A DNA stretch of 63,692 nt, counting the filler, from Asterionella formosa (lineage: Eukaryota), in NCBI GenBank assembly GCA_002256025.1. It is 20 parts of 20 records of this genome, joined end to end, with 100 filler letters (N's around TTAATTAATTAA, not from the genome) between each part and the next. Parts side by side here need not be neighbours in the genome. Positions count along the whole stretch, not along the records: positions 50,778 to 52,534 come from NKIB01001259.1; positions 52,635 to 54,394 come from NKIB01001261.1; positions 54,495 to 56,254 come from NKIB01001262.1; positions 56,355 to 58,114 come from NKIB01001263.1; positions 58,215 to 59,973 come from NKIB01001264.1; positions 60,074 to 61,831 come from NKIB01001265.1; positions 61,932 to 63,692 come from NKIB01001266.1; 13 more parts are not named here. One strand, 5' to 3'. Below, piece after piece: positions 51,285-63,692 of this stretch. The notes beneath the pieces were generated by a model. That model worked only from the letters and a program-made list of their open reading frames with translations. It ran no database searches and was not told the DNA's origin. Within the stretch, counting starts at the first letter, position 1. The number at the start of each line of letters is the position of its first letter. The position numbers and the translations under genes are program-made.

Positions 51285-51850
51285 GGTACCTGGTACCGTA
51301 CCACTGCATGACATAGCTACGAATCTAAGATATATGTACAAGGTACCAGGTACCACTCTACCTGGTACCAGGTGCCAGCTACTCAGTCGATGCACGTACA
51401 TATCGCTAGCTTTGTCGAAGGTGCTATAGTAAACTACAACTGCAGTCCAAATTACGACAACATGCATTGCCATAACAGGTTGCGCTGAGAGTTGATTATT
51501 TTTCGGGTACGTTCGTAGTATATTAGCCAATAAGTTCCTTCTTTGACGTACTGTTCCATGTACCTGGTACCGTACGAGGAGTACCGGTAGTACATATGTG
51601 GAGTACCGGGAACGTAGTCGTAAAAAATTAAACTCCCAGTTAAACCCGTAGTGGAAGCTAGCACTAGTAGTTTACTACTACTCCAGGACAGTGCACAAAG
51701 CTATTCTTGGCGACAATACCGGTTGTGGTACCAGGTACCAGTACCTAGTACTGGTACCGGCGCCCATTACCAGGGTACCGGTACCAGGTACCATACCAGG
51801 GTACGTGTATGCGGGAATAGACCATTTTATGTATTTAGAGTACCTAGTAC
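51285..51850. repeat. GGTACC/CCWGG/ACCGGT palindrome-dense low-complexity tract
   Basis: Many overlapping GGTACC, CCTGGTACCAGG and TACCGGTA words. Confidence 0.85.
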
Positions 51851-54494
51851 TTAATATGGAGTCACCACGAGTACATATACTATAGCACTATATTACAGTA
51901 AATAGAGGACCAAGTCTTTTATTGTAGGGGTGTGTGTATATGTCTAATATACATATACCCGAAATGAAGTGAAAACAATCATTATATAGCTAATGAAAAA
52001 TAGTGAAAAAATAATGTAGCTACAGTTGTATGAAATCATGCATCTGTGTTATAATAACCTAAACACATACTAGCTGTGTATGACCACCAGTGTGATGATC
52101 AGCAGATATCCTCAATTGATTGGCAATCTAATCTGTGGCACTGTTCTATCTGGAATATATACCTCATACATTTTGTCAATTTGCAATGTGGCAGTGAAAA
52201 AAATGCAGCTCAAAGTACTAGGCAGTCATCATATCCCACAAAACGCTTTGCCAAGCAACAATACTCCACTTTTCTTACTATATCCTGCTCAACCCTTGTA
52301 AAATTTTCAGCAACCTTACAAACCTAATTCCAAATTTTTGCATTCCTACCACAGAACAAATAGTTTTTGGTGTACAAGAAAGACTACAATACTGACAGAA
52401 TTGCTTCCTCCCTCCTACCTCTTTGACACACATCCTGCATCATTTCTGTTGGTTCATCAACTTGTTAATTGTTGAAAAGTTCTTCAAACACCACATTTGA
52501 GGCATTTCTGGACTCTCAATCATCATTCTGCATANNNNNNNNNNNNNNNNNNNNNNNNNNNNNNNNNNNNNNNNNNNNTTAATTAATTAANNNNNNNNNN
52601 NNNNNNNNNNNNNNNNNNNNNNNNNNNNNNNNNNATTGTAGACTGATTACCTGAGGGCATCCTATGCAGTTTGATTGGTGGTATTCAATCCAGAAGCAGG
52701 AGTCAAGTCAATACAATGCAATAAAATGGCATATCCTATCAATTCCATGCATCTGTAGGTTCTTACTTCTTTCTGCCCAAACATACCTGAATATAAATAA
52801 GAAGGTTTTGTGTAAATAATCATGGTTCATGATGATGGGTGACAGGATGGATCTAGTACCTGGTACTGTTTGTACTTACATATCTAATATATGTGGTTCA
52901 AATGTGGCTAGTGTGATTTTACAAGGCTGGTACAAGACTCCAGCCAAGCTGGAGGTGAGTGAATTCAATTCAACCAATCAAAATATTTGTAGCAATGTGG
53001 GAACTTAGCATGAAGTCTTTTCAGAAAAAGCAATATGCAGGCAAAAATACCATCTGCAAGGCCCAAATATCTACAATAATGTTTTATGCAGGTAAAATTC
53101 TGAGTCCAATATTTTGGCAACTGTTGAAATAGCCATTTGGGTCGAATTTTGGGAAGAGGATTTCTCTAAGCAAATCAGTGGGGTTTCATGATGATTAGAA
53201 TATACATGGCTGGGTGCAATTTCTGGTGCCACGAGGTAGACTTGTCCATAGGCCTGGTATTAACAAAACCCCTGACCCTACTATATGTAATATTTTGCGC
53301 CTTAATACGCTTGTTAACATCATATTGGTGACTGTGTCAGTATAGTTCTGTTGGTTTACTCAACAACCAAACAACTTCCTGCACTGCTTGATTTATCAAT
53401 TTCTCCAGAATAACTATCCCAAAAAAAGAAAAGGGGCTATTAAGGATAGTAAAAAAAATTTCAGGGATAGCTGCCACCACTTTTCTCCAGAAGGTAACTC
53501 CTGACATTATAGGGTACATGGCTATATATTTTAATCTTGATGAAACCCCACAGATGTAGGAAAAGAATCCATCTCCAAAAAGTCGACCAAATCAGTTATT
53601 TCAAAAGTCACCAAAAAAATTTGGAATCGGAACAAACGAGTATCAACAATGTATGATACTCCATCATGTCTAGAATATGGTGGTGTCAATCTGATATAAC
53701 AAATCACAAGGACTGCATGTCAAGAAACTTATTGATGCGACTGATGTTTCAGATCAATCAGAATAAATTTTGCTTAAATGAAAAGGGAACAAGAAGAACA
53801 GTTTCTCAAAGTTTGATGAATGGGATTGAAACTAGATTTTAGATCAACCTAATAATTGAAGAGAAACAGTGAGAATTGACAGAGTAAGATCAATAGCAAA
53901 AATTAGCAAGAAGGCTAGCAACAATAGGTATAACTAATAGTAGCACAACTGGTAACTTCTACATAAGCCGATGCTATTAACAAATCCATAAATGTGATAG
54001 AAAATGAAGGAAAAGCAGCTACCTCATTATTCTGTTGCTTTACTCAACAATAGAACATCCTCCCATGCCGTGTCAAACAGCTTTCTTTCCTCCATGAGTA
54101 GCACTACTATTAAACACCAGAAGCGGCACAGGACGATATATATGAACTATTTTGTGTTGGGCACAGAGATCCACGCCTACATGACCAATGGTTTCACACT
54201 CTTGAGCTTGATAGTGCGCAAGCTGGAGTTGAAACTGTACAGGAAAGTCTCAAATAATATCATGTACTAGAAGTTGCAATGAAGATACAACAACGATTCC
54301 ACACCCATCGCTGCGCAATGGACTTCGATTTCATGTTTGTCATGAATGAATGCAACGACAACAACAATCAAGATCGCGGATGCATGTGAACATANNNNNN
54401 NNNNNNNNNNNNNNNNNNNNNNNNNNNNNNNNNNNNNNTTAATTAATTAANNNNNNNNNNNNNNNNNNNNNNNNNNNNNNNNNNNNNNNNNNNN

Positions 54495-55377
54495 GCACCT
54501 CACACAAGCAAAGAGAGACTTACTCACCAAGAAGGCTTTGTACCATCTTCCATTTGCAATTGAGAAGACAGATGTAGTTGGAATTGTTGCACATGCTTGG
54601 GAAAAAAGTTTTGCGAGATTATGCACAAACAAAAAAGCGGTAGCAGAGCGAGGCTGGGGACCTTTGAACTATAATTGCTTGTTGAATCCTGAAATACAGC
54701 TGACGAAATTTGGTGTTGTCCCATTGAATTGAATCTCACACAGCAACAGAACCTCTATTACACCTGACCAGCTCAACCTGCAAGAAGGACTTTCAGGAAC
54801 TCTTACAAATCAAATTGTTGAATACATAAACAGAGAAGATGTGCGAAATGGTAATGATGCAGCAGAACATGCCAGGAAAAGAAAGCAAACAGCACAAGCA
54901 GCAATCGACACACACAAACGAATGACCGCAGGACTGCACTTTGCTGTTGGAAACACTTGTCTAGGACCACCGCTTTTTGAGCATGTGCTGGAAATCAAAC
55001 ACCGGCATGAAATCCAGGAACAAAACAAGAAGCAGACATTGAATCAACGGTTTTTTGAAATGTCACAGAAGGTACAGGCCATCAGAGAGACTGGAAAGGA
55101 AGCTGGAAGCTACAACGTAGCTGAAATGAAAACAGTGGTGACATGGTACAAGCGCAACGGCGATGCGCCGCTTCCAATGACCAGACAGAACTCGTTGGCA
55201 AGATATTTGGAAAGTTGTTGCCGTGGAGAAAAGGATTCTCCATATCCAATTCGGCCTCTTGATGTTGTGCTTGTGGGAGGGCAGGAGCTTAGTAGGGATG
55301 AGGGCGATATTGCAGTGGTGTTGATGAATGCATTTGCGTGTGATAGTGATATAAATACTGGATGCGAAAATTCTTAA
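54495..55377 (+). pseudogene. C-terminal remnant of a pogo-like (DDE_1) transposase
   Basis: DVVGIVAHAWEKSFA..NKKAVAERGWGPLNY matches the AW..F..G..P.N tail of pogo/DDE_1 proteins. Internal TGA at 54730. Possible element end at 55498 followed by TA. Confidence 0.55.
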
Positions 55378-55932
55378 AGATAATTTTGCGAAAACCAAAC
55401 GGGGTAATCCGTGATCATAATGGTATATAAAATTATATACAATTATAGATAAAAATTTAAGTACTGCTGTGACCCATTACCGTCAAATTTTGTCCACCTA
55501 AAAGGGTTCGTATCTCAGTACCTCGACCTTCAATGAGAATACCGACAGATCCACAATCTGCTGACTCCTTTGGTTAACAAGACCTGGAAGTTTGATTCTC
55601 GCAAGGCATGGAAAAGGTGTAGTCGAACTAATCAAACGAATAGGAGAACTCAGTGGGTCACAGCAGTTCTTTACTGGTACCATGGTAGTCGTGTGCGTGA
55701 TATGAAAGGGTACACCTTTCATTAGGGTTGACGTGGTATACATACACAGTGTGTATTGTGTAAATCTCTTTTTTGAGGGTAAACAAGTACCGGTATACAG
55801 GACTTATACCATCTAATATGCCGGTATGAATAACATTATAATGTTTAACATTCTTACATGGCCATCACTCTGGTAAGTACAACACAGTGCACTTCTACAT
55901 ATTGATTTCAAAAGACAAACAACCGGTACTAA

Positions 55933-55970
55933 GAGCATCGCCACCGCATCGACCAAATACCAAGCCAATT
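55933..55970 (+). repeat. PIF/Harbinger TIR GAGCATCGCCACCGCATCGACCAAATACC, preceded by TAA
   Basis: Inverted match to 57695-57733. Subterminal CCACCGCATCGACCAA repeat at ~56034. Confidence 0.8.
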
Positions 55971-56487
55971 GAAGTTGCGGGTCATTACACGTCATGATGC
56001 GTTGTGTTGGTCGAAAAAGCAAAAATATTTTAGCCACCGCATCGACCAAGACCAAATATGCTTTGGTCTTGATCGAGGATGACCCCCTTATCGACCAAAT
56101 ATCAGGTGTTTGGTCGATTAGACTCCGACCGTAGCCAAATAAAAGGAGTATTTCTATTGGTTTAGATTGTGGCAAGCGCCGGCAACATAACGTCAACTGT
56201 TTAATTGATCCACAAACGCTTACAATACACATTTACCTTACTCTCTTGATGTAGNNNNNNNNNNNNNNNNNNNNNNNNNNNNNNNNNNNNNNNNNNNNTT
56301 AATTAATTAANNNNNNNNNNNNNNNNNNNNNNNNNNNNNNNNNNNNNNNNNNNNAACTATCTTGAAGAAGCCAGGGAACTATTTAAATTAGAGGGAAAAG
56401 GAAGGAAAATGGGTAGAGAATTCCTGTTCGAAGGGTGTTGGCGAATTTTGAAGGATGCCCCAAAGTGGAAGGGTGGGTGTGCATATG

Positions 56488-57339
56488 CCAATTTGGGTAG
56501 ATTCCGTCAACCAAATAATACCCCAGATTGTGTTGTTGGTTGTTGATGGCAAACTGTACTTTTGGAGTCCTTCCAGCTGACAAATCATGGAAAAACGGTG
56601 AACGATCCAAAATATTAAGATCATTGTTTGCCCCGGGCATTCCAAACCATGCATGCCAGAACCAAAGTCTACAATCAACCGCAGCTTCCAAAGCAATTGT
56701 CGCCACTCCTTCTTTTCCTTGATATGCTCCTCTGTGTGCTTTGGGACAGTTTTTCCACTCCCAATGCATGACATCCAATGAACCAAGAAGACCCGGCCAA
56801 CCCTTTCCTTCATGCAAACGTAGAATCATCTCAAGGTCCTCTTTGGTCGGAGCTCTAAGATACTCTTTCCCATACCTGTTGATTATTGCGTTACAGAAGT
56901 GTTGCAAGTTGTTGAGTGTTGTTGACTCTGACATCCTTGTTAAATCATCCAACTGATCAGCCGATGTTCCATAGGCTAACATGCGAAGCGCCGAGGTAAG
57001 TTTTTGGTGTGGCGAAAATCCCAGTAAACCCAAGGCATCCTTCTTCTGAGAAAAGTAAGAATCCGAAGAAACCAAATCATCAAGAATCTTCTCAAACAAC
57101 GAACGTCTCATCCGGAAGCGCCTCCTGAACATTGCTGACGAGTAAATCGGATTTTCACCAAAATAATCCTTTTTCAAAAGCTTGTCATAGTCTGTCCGAA
57201 AACGATTGAGATTGGATGCCCCTCCCACCTTTGATCCTCCTCCCTTGTTTCTTTCTTGCTTGGCATTCTCGCTTTGCTACCGCATATCGCGGAAGTGGAA
57301 GAAGCGATCGTCATCTGACGAGTCGCTATCATTGCTCAT
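56488..57339 (-). pseudogene. PIF/Harbinger (Plant_tran-type) transposase, 3'-truncated
   Basis: FRRRFRM, QKLTSALRMLAYG, YLRAP, PGLLGSLDVMHWEWKNCP, LEA, WFWHAWFGMPGANND, YYLVDGIYPNW. In-frame TAG at 57277-57279. Similarity ends at 56488. Confidence 0.9.
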
Positions 57340-57694
57340 TTTCGCTGTGTCGAAACAAAAGTCATATTTATTGGTAATAATAAAGAAGCCACAATTCTCT
57401 ACGAACAATATTCAAGTACATAGTTGTAATATTTTTTGATGGGCAGTACCAGCCAGATAGTACCGGTAGGAGTATTGCTAGCTGTTTAAGAATAAGGTAT
57501 GTATGCGGCTACTTCATGAATTAAAAGCGATACACACGAAACTACAGTCTACCTTTATTTCTATTGGCTAATATTTTAGGCGCGAGATTTGACTAATATA
57601 AGATTTGGTCGATGCGGTGGGGAAAAAAAAGAAAAATTCGACTATTGATAAAAAATTTCTCGACCAAGTGACGTGTATTGATATTTTCAACTGA

Positions 57695-57733
57695 AATTGG
57701 CTTTGGTATTTGGTCGATGCGGTGGCGATGCTC
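57695..57733 (-). repeat. PIF/Harbinger 5' TIR, flanked by TAG
   Basis: Same TIR as at 55933, ~390 bp upstream of the transposase ATG. Subterminal repeat at ~57606-57621. Confidence 0.8.
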
Positions 57734-58214
57734 TAGGATAGGTTGCTAAGCATCATAAGTCAAAAAAAGATTGCCTGATGGCGCGACACACAAGATGGTT
57801 TGACCAATCTCCAAAAAGCAGTGATCGGTACCAGGTACTATGTATTTGTGTCCACGGAAGGGCTGGAAATACCATGGGCTGTACTGGTAGATTGCTTTAT
57901 TTATATGATACTATAGAAGAATAAGGCGTGTGCAAAACAACGAGCGGCGCGAGAAAGGTCGTGACTGCTGACTCGGTGCTCTATACTGGAGCGAACAAGG
58001 AAGCGCCACTAATTTTAACAAAGTACAGCTTTGTTATCGCATCTGTATAGAATAACAGAAGTCCAACCATCGTAAAATGACATTACTATTAGGATTCAAC
58101 CCAAGACGGCTGGCNNNNNNNNNNNNNNNNNNNNNNNNNNNNNNNNNNNNNNNNNNNNTTAATTAATTAANNNNNNNNNNNNNNNNNNNNNNNNNNNNNN
58201 NNNNNNNNNNNNNN

Positions 58215-59012
58215 ACTGGATCATCCAATCTTCGCGAATTGAATGAGCGCATTTCCTCACACCTACTATACATGAGAAAAGAAGATGTTCTCGCTGACCT
58301 ACCTCCTCAAACTCGAGAAACCCGAAAAGTTCCTGTCAGTAGCCGCCATCAGCTTCAACACAATCAAGCCTTATCTGATCTCGCACGTATATACAACACC
58401 AAAGGAAGCTTAGAAAATTCGGGTGATGCTGTTCTGACTGCTGTCCAGAAGGTCCGAATGATTGGATCATTCGCAAAGATTGACGCCACGGTTGGCTTGG
58501 CCAAGGAAGTTCTACAGGATCAGCCTGCTATCGTAATTTTTACCTCCTTTGCTCAAGTAGCCAAGGCTGTGCATAAACAACTTGCTGATAGTGGGTGGGA
58601 AGGAGTGCTTTTGACTGGTGAGACTCCTTCGAAAAAGCGACAAGGAATGGTTGACAATTTTCAGCAGGGGTTAAATCCTGTTTTTGTGTCTACCTTCGGA
58701 GCTGGTGGGGTTGGTTTGACTTTGACAGCTGCCCAAACGATTATTTTGTTGGACAGACCATGGACGCCAGGTGATGCGAAACAAGCCGAAGATCGGGTAA
58801 GGCGGATCGGACAAACCAAGCCTGTCCGGAGCATTTGGATGGCCGCATTTGACCTAGATAAGCAGATCGATGATCTGTTGGAACAAAAGAAAATCACTTC
58901 TGATGCTGTATTGACACATGACGGCAATCAGGAACGCACGAGTTCCGCAATTGATGCACCCAAGATATCAATCTTTCAACTATTGAGATCCATTTTAGTC
59001 CCAAACTCCTGA
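58215..59012 (+). CDS. SNF2-family helicase C-terminal half (SMARCAL1/ZRANB3-like), 5'-partial
   Basis: RKEDVLADLPP, VIFTSF, LTGET..RQGMVDNFQ, AGGVGLTLTAA, WTPGDAKQAEDRVRRIGQ. Confidence 0.88.
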   Translation, partial: TGSSNLRELNERISSHLLYMRKEDVLADLPPQTRETRKVPVSSRHQLQHNQALSDLARIYNTKGSLENSGDAVLTAVQKVRMIGSFAKIDATVGLAKEVLQDQPAIVIFTSFAQVAKAVHKQLADSGWEGVLLTGETPSKKRQGMVDNFQQGLNPVFVSTFGAGGVGLTLTAAQTIILLDRPWTPGDAKQAEDRVRRIGQTKPVRSIWMAAFDLDKQIDDLLEQKKITSDAVLTHDGNQERTSSAIDAPKISIFQLLRSILVPNS

Positions 59013-59146
59013 TGACGCAGCCAAATTGTGGCATGGTTGAGAACGATAGATGCATCTATTAATTAATTCGCACTGTATAGCTAGCTGCTTGCAATACTCT
59101 TCGTCAATTCTCGCCTAACTATCGGTATATATATAGAAGGACAATA

Positions 59147-59890
59147 CTATTTGCTCCTTCCACCCCGTTTGAGAGAACTTGCGTCATCGTCGTCGAGGAA
59201 AAAGTCTTCCTTTTTTTCACCTCCAAAAAGACCAAAGAATCCACCTTTGGGCTTAGCTTCTTGCTTCTCTGTCGTAGATTTCTCTCCCTCTGTCAGCATG
59301 CTCCCGATCTTCTTGAACGCTTTCAATACATCTCCGGGCGTCAAGGGCTTGTCCTCAAACTGACTAATATCAATCTGGACTGGGCTTTCATAGTTTTCAT
59401 CCATAATGACGGCTTCGTCATCGTCGTCTCCTTCATCTGCAACAGCATTGGAACTGTCTTCCTTCTTGTTGAGTAAAATAACATATAGTGATCGAACACT
59501 TCCGCGGTACATTTGCAATTCCAAGGCACCATCAGCCGCCACTAGCTCCGCCATGGCCGAATCAAAATTAACACCCACTACAGGCTTTCCATTAATTGCC
59601 AACAGTTGATCACCAACTCGCAAACCAGCTAACTTTCCATTCATGTCTGGTTCAACTTCATCAACAACTAACCCAAAGAATGGATTCTCATTTTCTCCAA
59701 ATACTACACCCAAAGGCTTCTTCACAAGCACAGCGTATCCCACATCCGCAATGTCGTTGTATTGGTATGTTGACTTGGCGTACAAAGGTCCTAGGTAGCG
59801 AGACGAACGAAGAGGCACCACAACAGGTGCAAATGCGTTGGTCACCAACGCCATCGTGAAAGGAACTATTAATAAGCAGAGCATCGTCAT
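59147..59890 (-). CDS. Plastid-targeted PDZ-domain protein
   Basis: ATG at 59890, signal peptide followed by TNA|FAP (ASAFAP-type motif). PDZ signature KPLGVVF..VDEV..GLRVGDQLLAING. Acidic tail. Confidence 0.85.
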   Translation of the reverse strand: MTMLCLLIVPFTMALVTNAFAPVVVPLRSSRYLGPLYAKSTYQYNDIADVGYAVLVKKPLGVVFGENENPFFGLVVDEVEPDMNGKLAGLRVGDQLLAINGKPVVGVNFDSAMAELVAADGALELQMYRGSVRSLYVILLNKKEDSSNAVADEGDDDDEAVIMDENYESPVQIDISQFEDKPLTPGDVLKAFKKIGSMLTEGEKSTTEKQEAKPKGGFFGLFGGEKKEDFFLDDDDASSLKRGGRSK

Positions 59891-60073
59891 CTTTATTATT
59901 TTGTCTCTGATATGGTCAGAATCAAGCAAAGAACAAAACAACAATTATGTTTCATGCGTTTTTTATTTTATGTNNNNNNNNNNNNNNNNNNNNNNNNNNN
60001 NNNNNNNNNNNNNNNNNTTAATTAATTAANNNNNNNNNNNNNNNNNNNNNNNNNNNNNNNNNNNNNNNNNNNN

Positions 60074-61814
60074 GTGTGGATGGCGCCAGTGGCACTCACC
60101 AAATTTATGGTAGATTTAATGCCAGCTCAAGCATTCATGAATCGAGACACTGACGGAAACACGGTGCTGCATCTCTGCTGTGCCAATTTGGAAGTTTCCA
60201 ACAAGGGAAAGTTGGATTTGTCAGTGTTGCGAGAGCTCGTCCAAGCGGCGCCTAGGGCCCTGCAACTACCAAACAACGAAGGTGACACACCTCTACATCT
60301 ACTCATGGCTTCACCTGCGTGCACGGCTCCGACGACAGACTTTAGTCTGGAAGCTGCTGCCGAAGCCGCGGTTAGTTTATTGATTGAAGCTAGCATCGAA
60401 GCTGCCATTATCCAAGATAATTCAGGGGCGACTCCCTTGCATGTTGCCATTTCGCACAGAGCACACGAGCGGTGTATTATCCGCCTATTAGAAGTAGCGC
60501 CGGTCGCTGCTAAAGTTATGGATAAAAGGGGCATGTTGGCATTGCACTATGTTGGGGCCTTTGGAGCATCACAAGGGGCTGTCTTACGCTTGGTCAACGC
60601 CTACCCACAAGCGATTTCGCAAAAGACCAATTACGGTGATACGCCACTTCATCTCTTGATCAGTAATTATCCTTCCGATGACGAAAGCACGAATTTAGAC
60701 AGAAACACAACGAAAACAATTGAGTTGTTGATGGGCATGGGCCAAGAAGACGAGGACGATCCTTCACCAATTGAAACTGGGGCGCAAACTAGTCCAGTCA
60801 TGATTATCAACGACGAGAAGGTAAAGTGTGCCTAGTTCAGTGATCGATGCGCTTACATGTATTTGGTGCCAAGGCGGGTTTACTCAAAATGTTTTTCCTG
60901 TGATTTCCTCGAAACTTAAACAGTTAACCCCATTACATTGTTGTGCAGTATTTGACGCTCCTCCCCAAGTGACCCGTCTCCTGATGAAGAACCCAATGGC
61001 CCATCAAGCAGCTGCGATGACGAACATGTTTGGTGCTACTGCCTTGCATCTGGCTTGCGCTCAGCAATCAGTAGCTCAATCTATTGCTAATGTTGTTGCG
61101 CTCGGTACCACAGAAGCTGCAGGCACTGAAGATCGTTTCAAACGAACTCCACTTCATGTGGCCTCCCAAAACACCCACGCGACAGGACAATTGATAAAAA
61201 TCTTGTGTGAACTGTATCCAGAGGCCACGTCAGTACGCACTAATCGTGGCGCCTTGCCACTTCATTTGGCCGCCCAATCGAAAGCCAAAGAAGCTGTCGT
61301 GAAGGCCTTGATTCGAGCTTACCCCAACGCGACGGAAGCTCGCAACAAGTCTTCTAATACCCCGCTCCACAATGCTGCAAAGTATCGGGCGTCGCCAGCT
61401 GTTGTCAAGCTCTTGTTAGATACGTACCCAGACGCTGTCTACATTCAAAACCAATATGGAAACCTCCCTCTCCATTTCGCGACTGCATACCAAGCGCCTC
61501 CAGAAGTCGTTCAACTTCTATTGAATGCGTGGCCGGACGGGGCAGCAATGCAAAATCGCAACCAAGACGCTCCTCTCCATTGCGCGGCAGCCTGCACCAC
61601 ATCTGCCAAAGCGATTAAGCCCTTGATTGACGCTGCACCAGCTGCCGTTTTGTTACTGAATAGCAGTGGACAGTCTCCAATTGATCGGGCCAAAGCAAAT
61701 AAAGCACCTGCTGAAATTATTGAATTGTTAGAGGAGTCAGCAGAGGAGTGGACGAAACGGGCTGCGACTGATGGTTGGGGTGCGTTTTCAGCCGATTTTG
61801 AAGAAGGGTTCTAA
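60074..61814 (+). CDS. Ankyrin-repeat protein, 5'-partial, one intron (60821-60923)
   Basis: Many GxTPLH/LPLH repeats. A phase-0 GT..CAG intron joins the two ORFs (INDEK|LTPLH). Confidence 0.92.
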
Positions 61815-63692
61815 TATAGAAGGGAATAGTGNNNNNNNNNNNNNNNNNNNNNNNNNNNNNNNNNNNNNNNNNNNNTTAATTAATTAANNNNNNNNNNNNN
61901 NNNNNNNNNNNNNNNNNNNNNNNNNNNNNNNCTGATTCTTGCAACAACGACAAAGCAGCCATGTCGAGAGGAACGAGATTTTGTGATAAAATCTTCATTT
62001 TTCGTTCAAGTCATCATATGTCTTCGATGAATCATCATCTACATTGCACAGTATGTTCGTACTATGCAATCCGTTAAGAGCTTGAAAAGAAATCCAATGA
62101 AAACGAAATGGCTCATCACACAAGACGAATATTTCGGGTTTGTCACCAGAGCATCGGTCAGTGTTACAACCTCAATCATAGCTAGTAAACAACATCCATT
62201 ATAGAACAGCACAATCTACTTCTCCGTAACATCGTCTCTCTAACAAGAACGTAATACATCTACAATTGAAACGCAGCATAGCAGGCGATATGCACAAAGA
62301 AGCATTAGACTGTGCCGTCTATTTATAGTAACAGAGTGATTCTGGTTTCGTAATTTTCATGTCTCATTAGATTTTCTTTGTCATCGTACTACTAGTTCCT
62401 TACCTTTGAAGACAGGAGCGTAGCTATTCTTTGATGTATCTGGAATATTTCAATGGATGGCAGCAGTTGGATTTAGACACAAACCTCGACAAAAGCACTA
62501 GTACCTTGTCGATGTTCATGAAAAGCGAGACACTTTGCTTGGCCTATCGCCCACCAGCCAGTCTATACTGCAAAAATGCAAGAAGCACAAGTTGAATGAC
62601 CATTTATGGATTCAAGTTTCAGTAGTGCAACAATGTAAAATATTAGAAACCGGAAGTCACATTTCATCTAATTACGGTTTTCATTAGCTATACTAGTATT
62701 GATTGAGAGGAAGCAAAGGTAGAATGGCTGCCAAACGGGCGGGGGCAAACACAGAGGAGAATCCTACTAATTTTTCTTCCCAATGATCCCAGTGCCTTCT
62801 TGAATGTCACTTGCAACAGAAAATGTAGAACAGCCGCCATGATCTGTTGATTGTTGCTTTATGGTGCCACTAACCAGAAATCTCAATGAGTTGCTTGTTT
62901 CTTGACTTGAATGCAAAAGGGATCGAAACCAGTGGAAAAATCAAAACAAGGGAACTAAAAATGGTGCTCTGCAAACATCATCAGGACAATTGTGAAAGAG
63001 AAATGAAGGTTCTTGGGAGGAGAAGTAAAGGGATAATTGCTTCTGCTGGTCTTGCGGGAACAAGAATAGATTGACCCAAACAATGTTGACAAATAGGTAC
63101 CTACGGGAAAAGGAAGCAATGCATTCAGCATCATCAATCTATACACTAGCCTGCGCCACCTGATGTCGTCAGTATAGCTACCTCGACTTCATCAATGAAG
63201 AAGTCAATGGGTGGAGCATGTGAGGAAAATCGGGGTTGAGGTTTTCTTGACGCCAACGTCGACCTGCTTTGCTGAACTCCTTGCAGATGAAGGCATTGAG
63301 TAACCTGGGCCTGTGAAGCCGAAGGATAAAGAAAAATCTACGACAAGGGTGGTGAGATAGTGTTTAGGAGGGGGGAGCAAAAGATATCATAGCTGAACGC
63401 ATTCGAAACTTCTTGTGTAGACAATAAATGGTGACATGCCATGGCTGCTCTTGGCTGACAGCTGCCAAGTCAAGTACAAACACAACGAGCGAGGGTGCAC
63501 AAAAGACAGTCCATGACTGGCTGATAATTAGTTGTGAGACTCACCATTCTCCAATGGGGTGGACTTTGATCATTGCTTCGTTCAAAGCACAATCAATTCG
63601 AATGCTGTCCAGTGAAACAGCCAATGAAAACAATTGTGGCAAAAAAGCGCAGAACAGATCAAGAGCGAGATTTCATAGGAATTAAAATAACA

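Noticed and set aside
52635..54394. Possible decayed coding sequence
   Set aside because: No motif could be identified with confidence.
55933..57733. Apparently complete Harbinger element with facing TIRs
   Set aside because: It spans a linker, the flanks differ (TAA vs TAG) and the transposase is truncated by unrelated sequence. These are ends from different copies.
58215..59012. Bacterial origin of the SNF2 fragment
   Set aside because: The motifs are shared by eukaryotic SMARCAL1-like proteins and it sits beside a plastid-targeted gene; origin cannot be judged without a phylogeny.
45..63685. The many 60-100 aa ORFs in the track
   Set aside because: Most start at TTG/GTG, lie antisense to or out of frame with real genes, or fall in repeats; no recognisable motifs.
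61932..63692. Possible spliced gene on the minus strand (GTGAGT near 63545)
   Set aside because: No consistent exon chain or recognisable product could be built.

Overview
This window is not one continuous locus. It is 20 assembly contigs joined by 19 artificial 100-nt linkers (N44-TTAATTAATTAA-N44): nineteen pieces of ~1.76 kb and one of 28.3 kb (13057-41366). The DNA is eukaryotic (GT-AG introns), most likely a diatom, given the CoDi-type Ty1/copia elements and a signal peptide plus AFAP plastid-targeting motif. Host genes are a partial LRR protein, a CDK10/11-like kinase with an in-frame stop, a partial secreted heme peroxidase, a partial SNF2 helicase, a plastid-targeted PDZ protein and a partial ankyrin-repeat protein. 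Most of the rest is nested, decayed transposon sequence (copia, gypsy, PIF/Harbinger, mariner, pogo-like). Two things stand out. (1) A ~10-kb TIR-bounded DNA transposon (22741-32777, ends CGTYTGCAAATAAAAASTATCAT) carries a Plavaka-type transposase, a Ulp1-like protease candidate and one or two unknown accessory genes, with pieces of the family in several contigs. (2) A CoDi retroelement has a candidate 5' leader intron running from the LTR to just before the gag ATG, which would splice out the primer-binding site. All family assignments come from reading motifs by eye; no searches were run.
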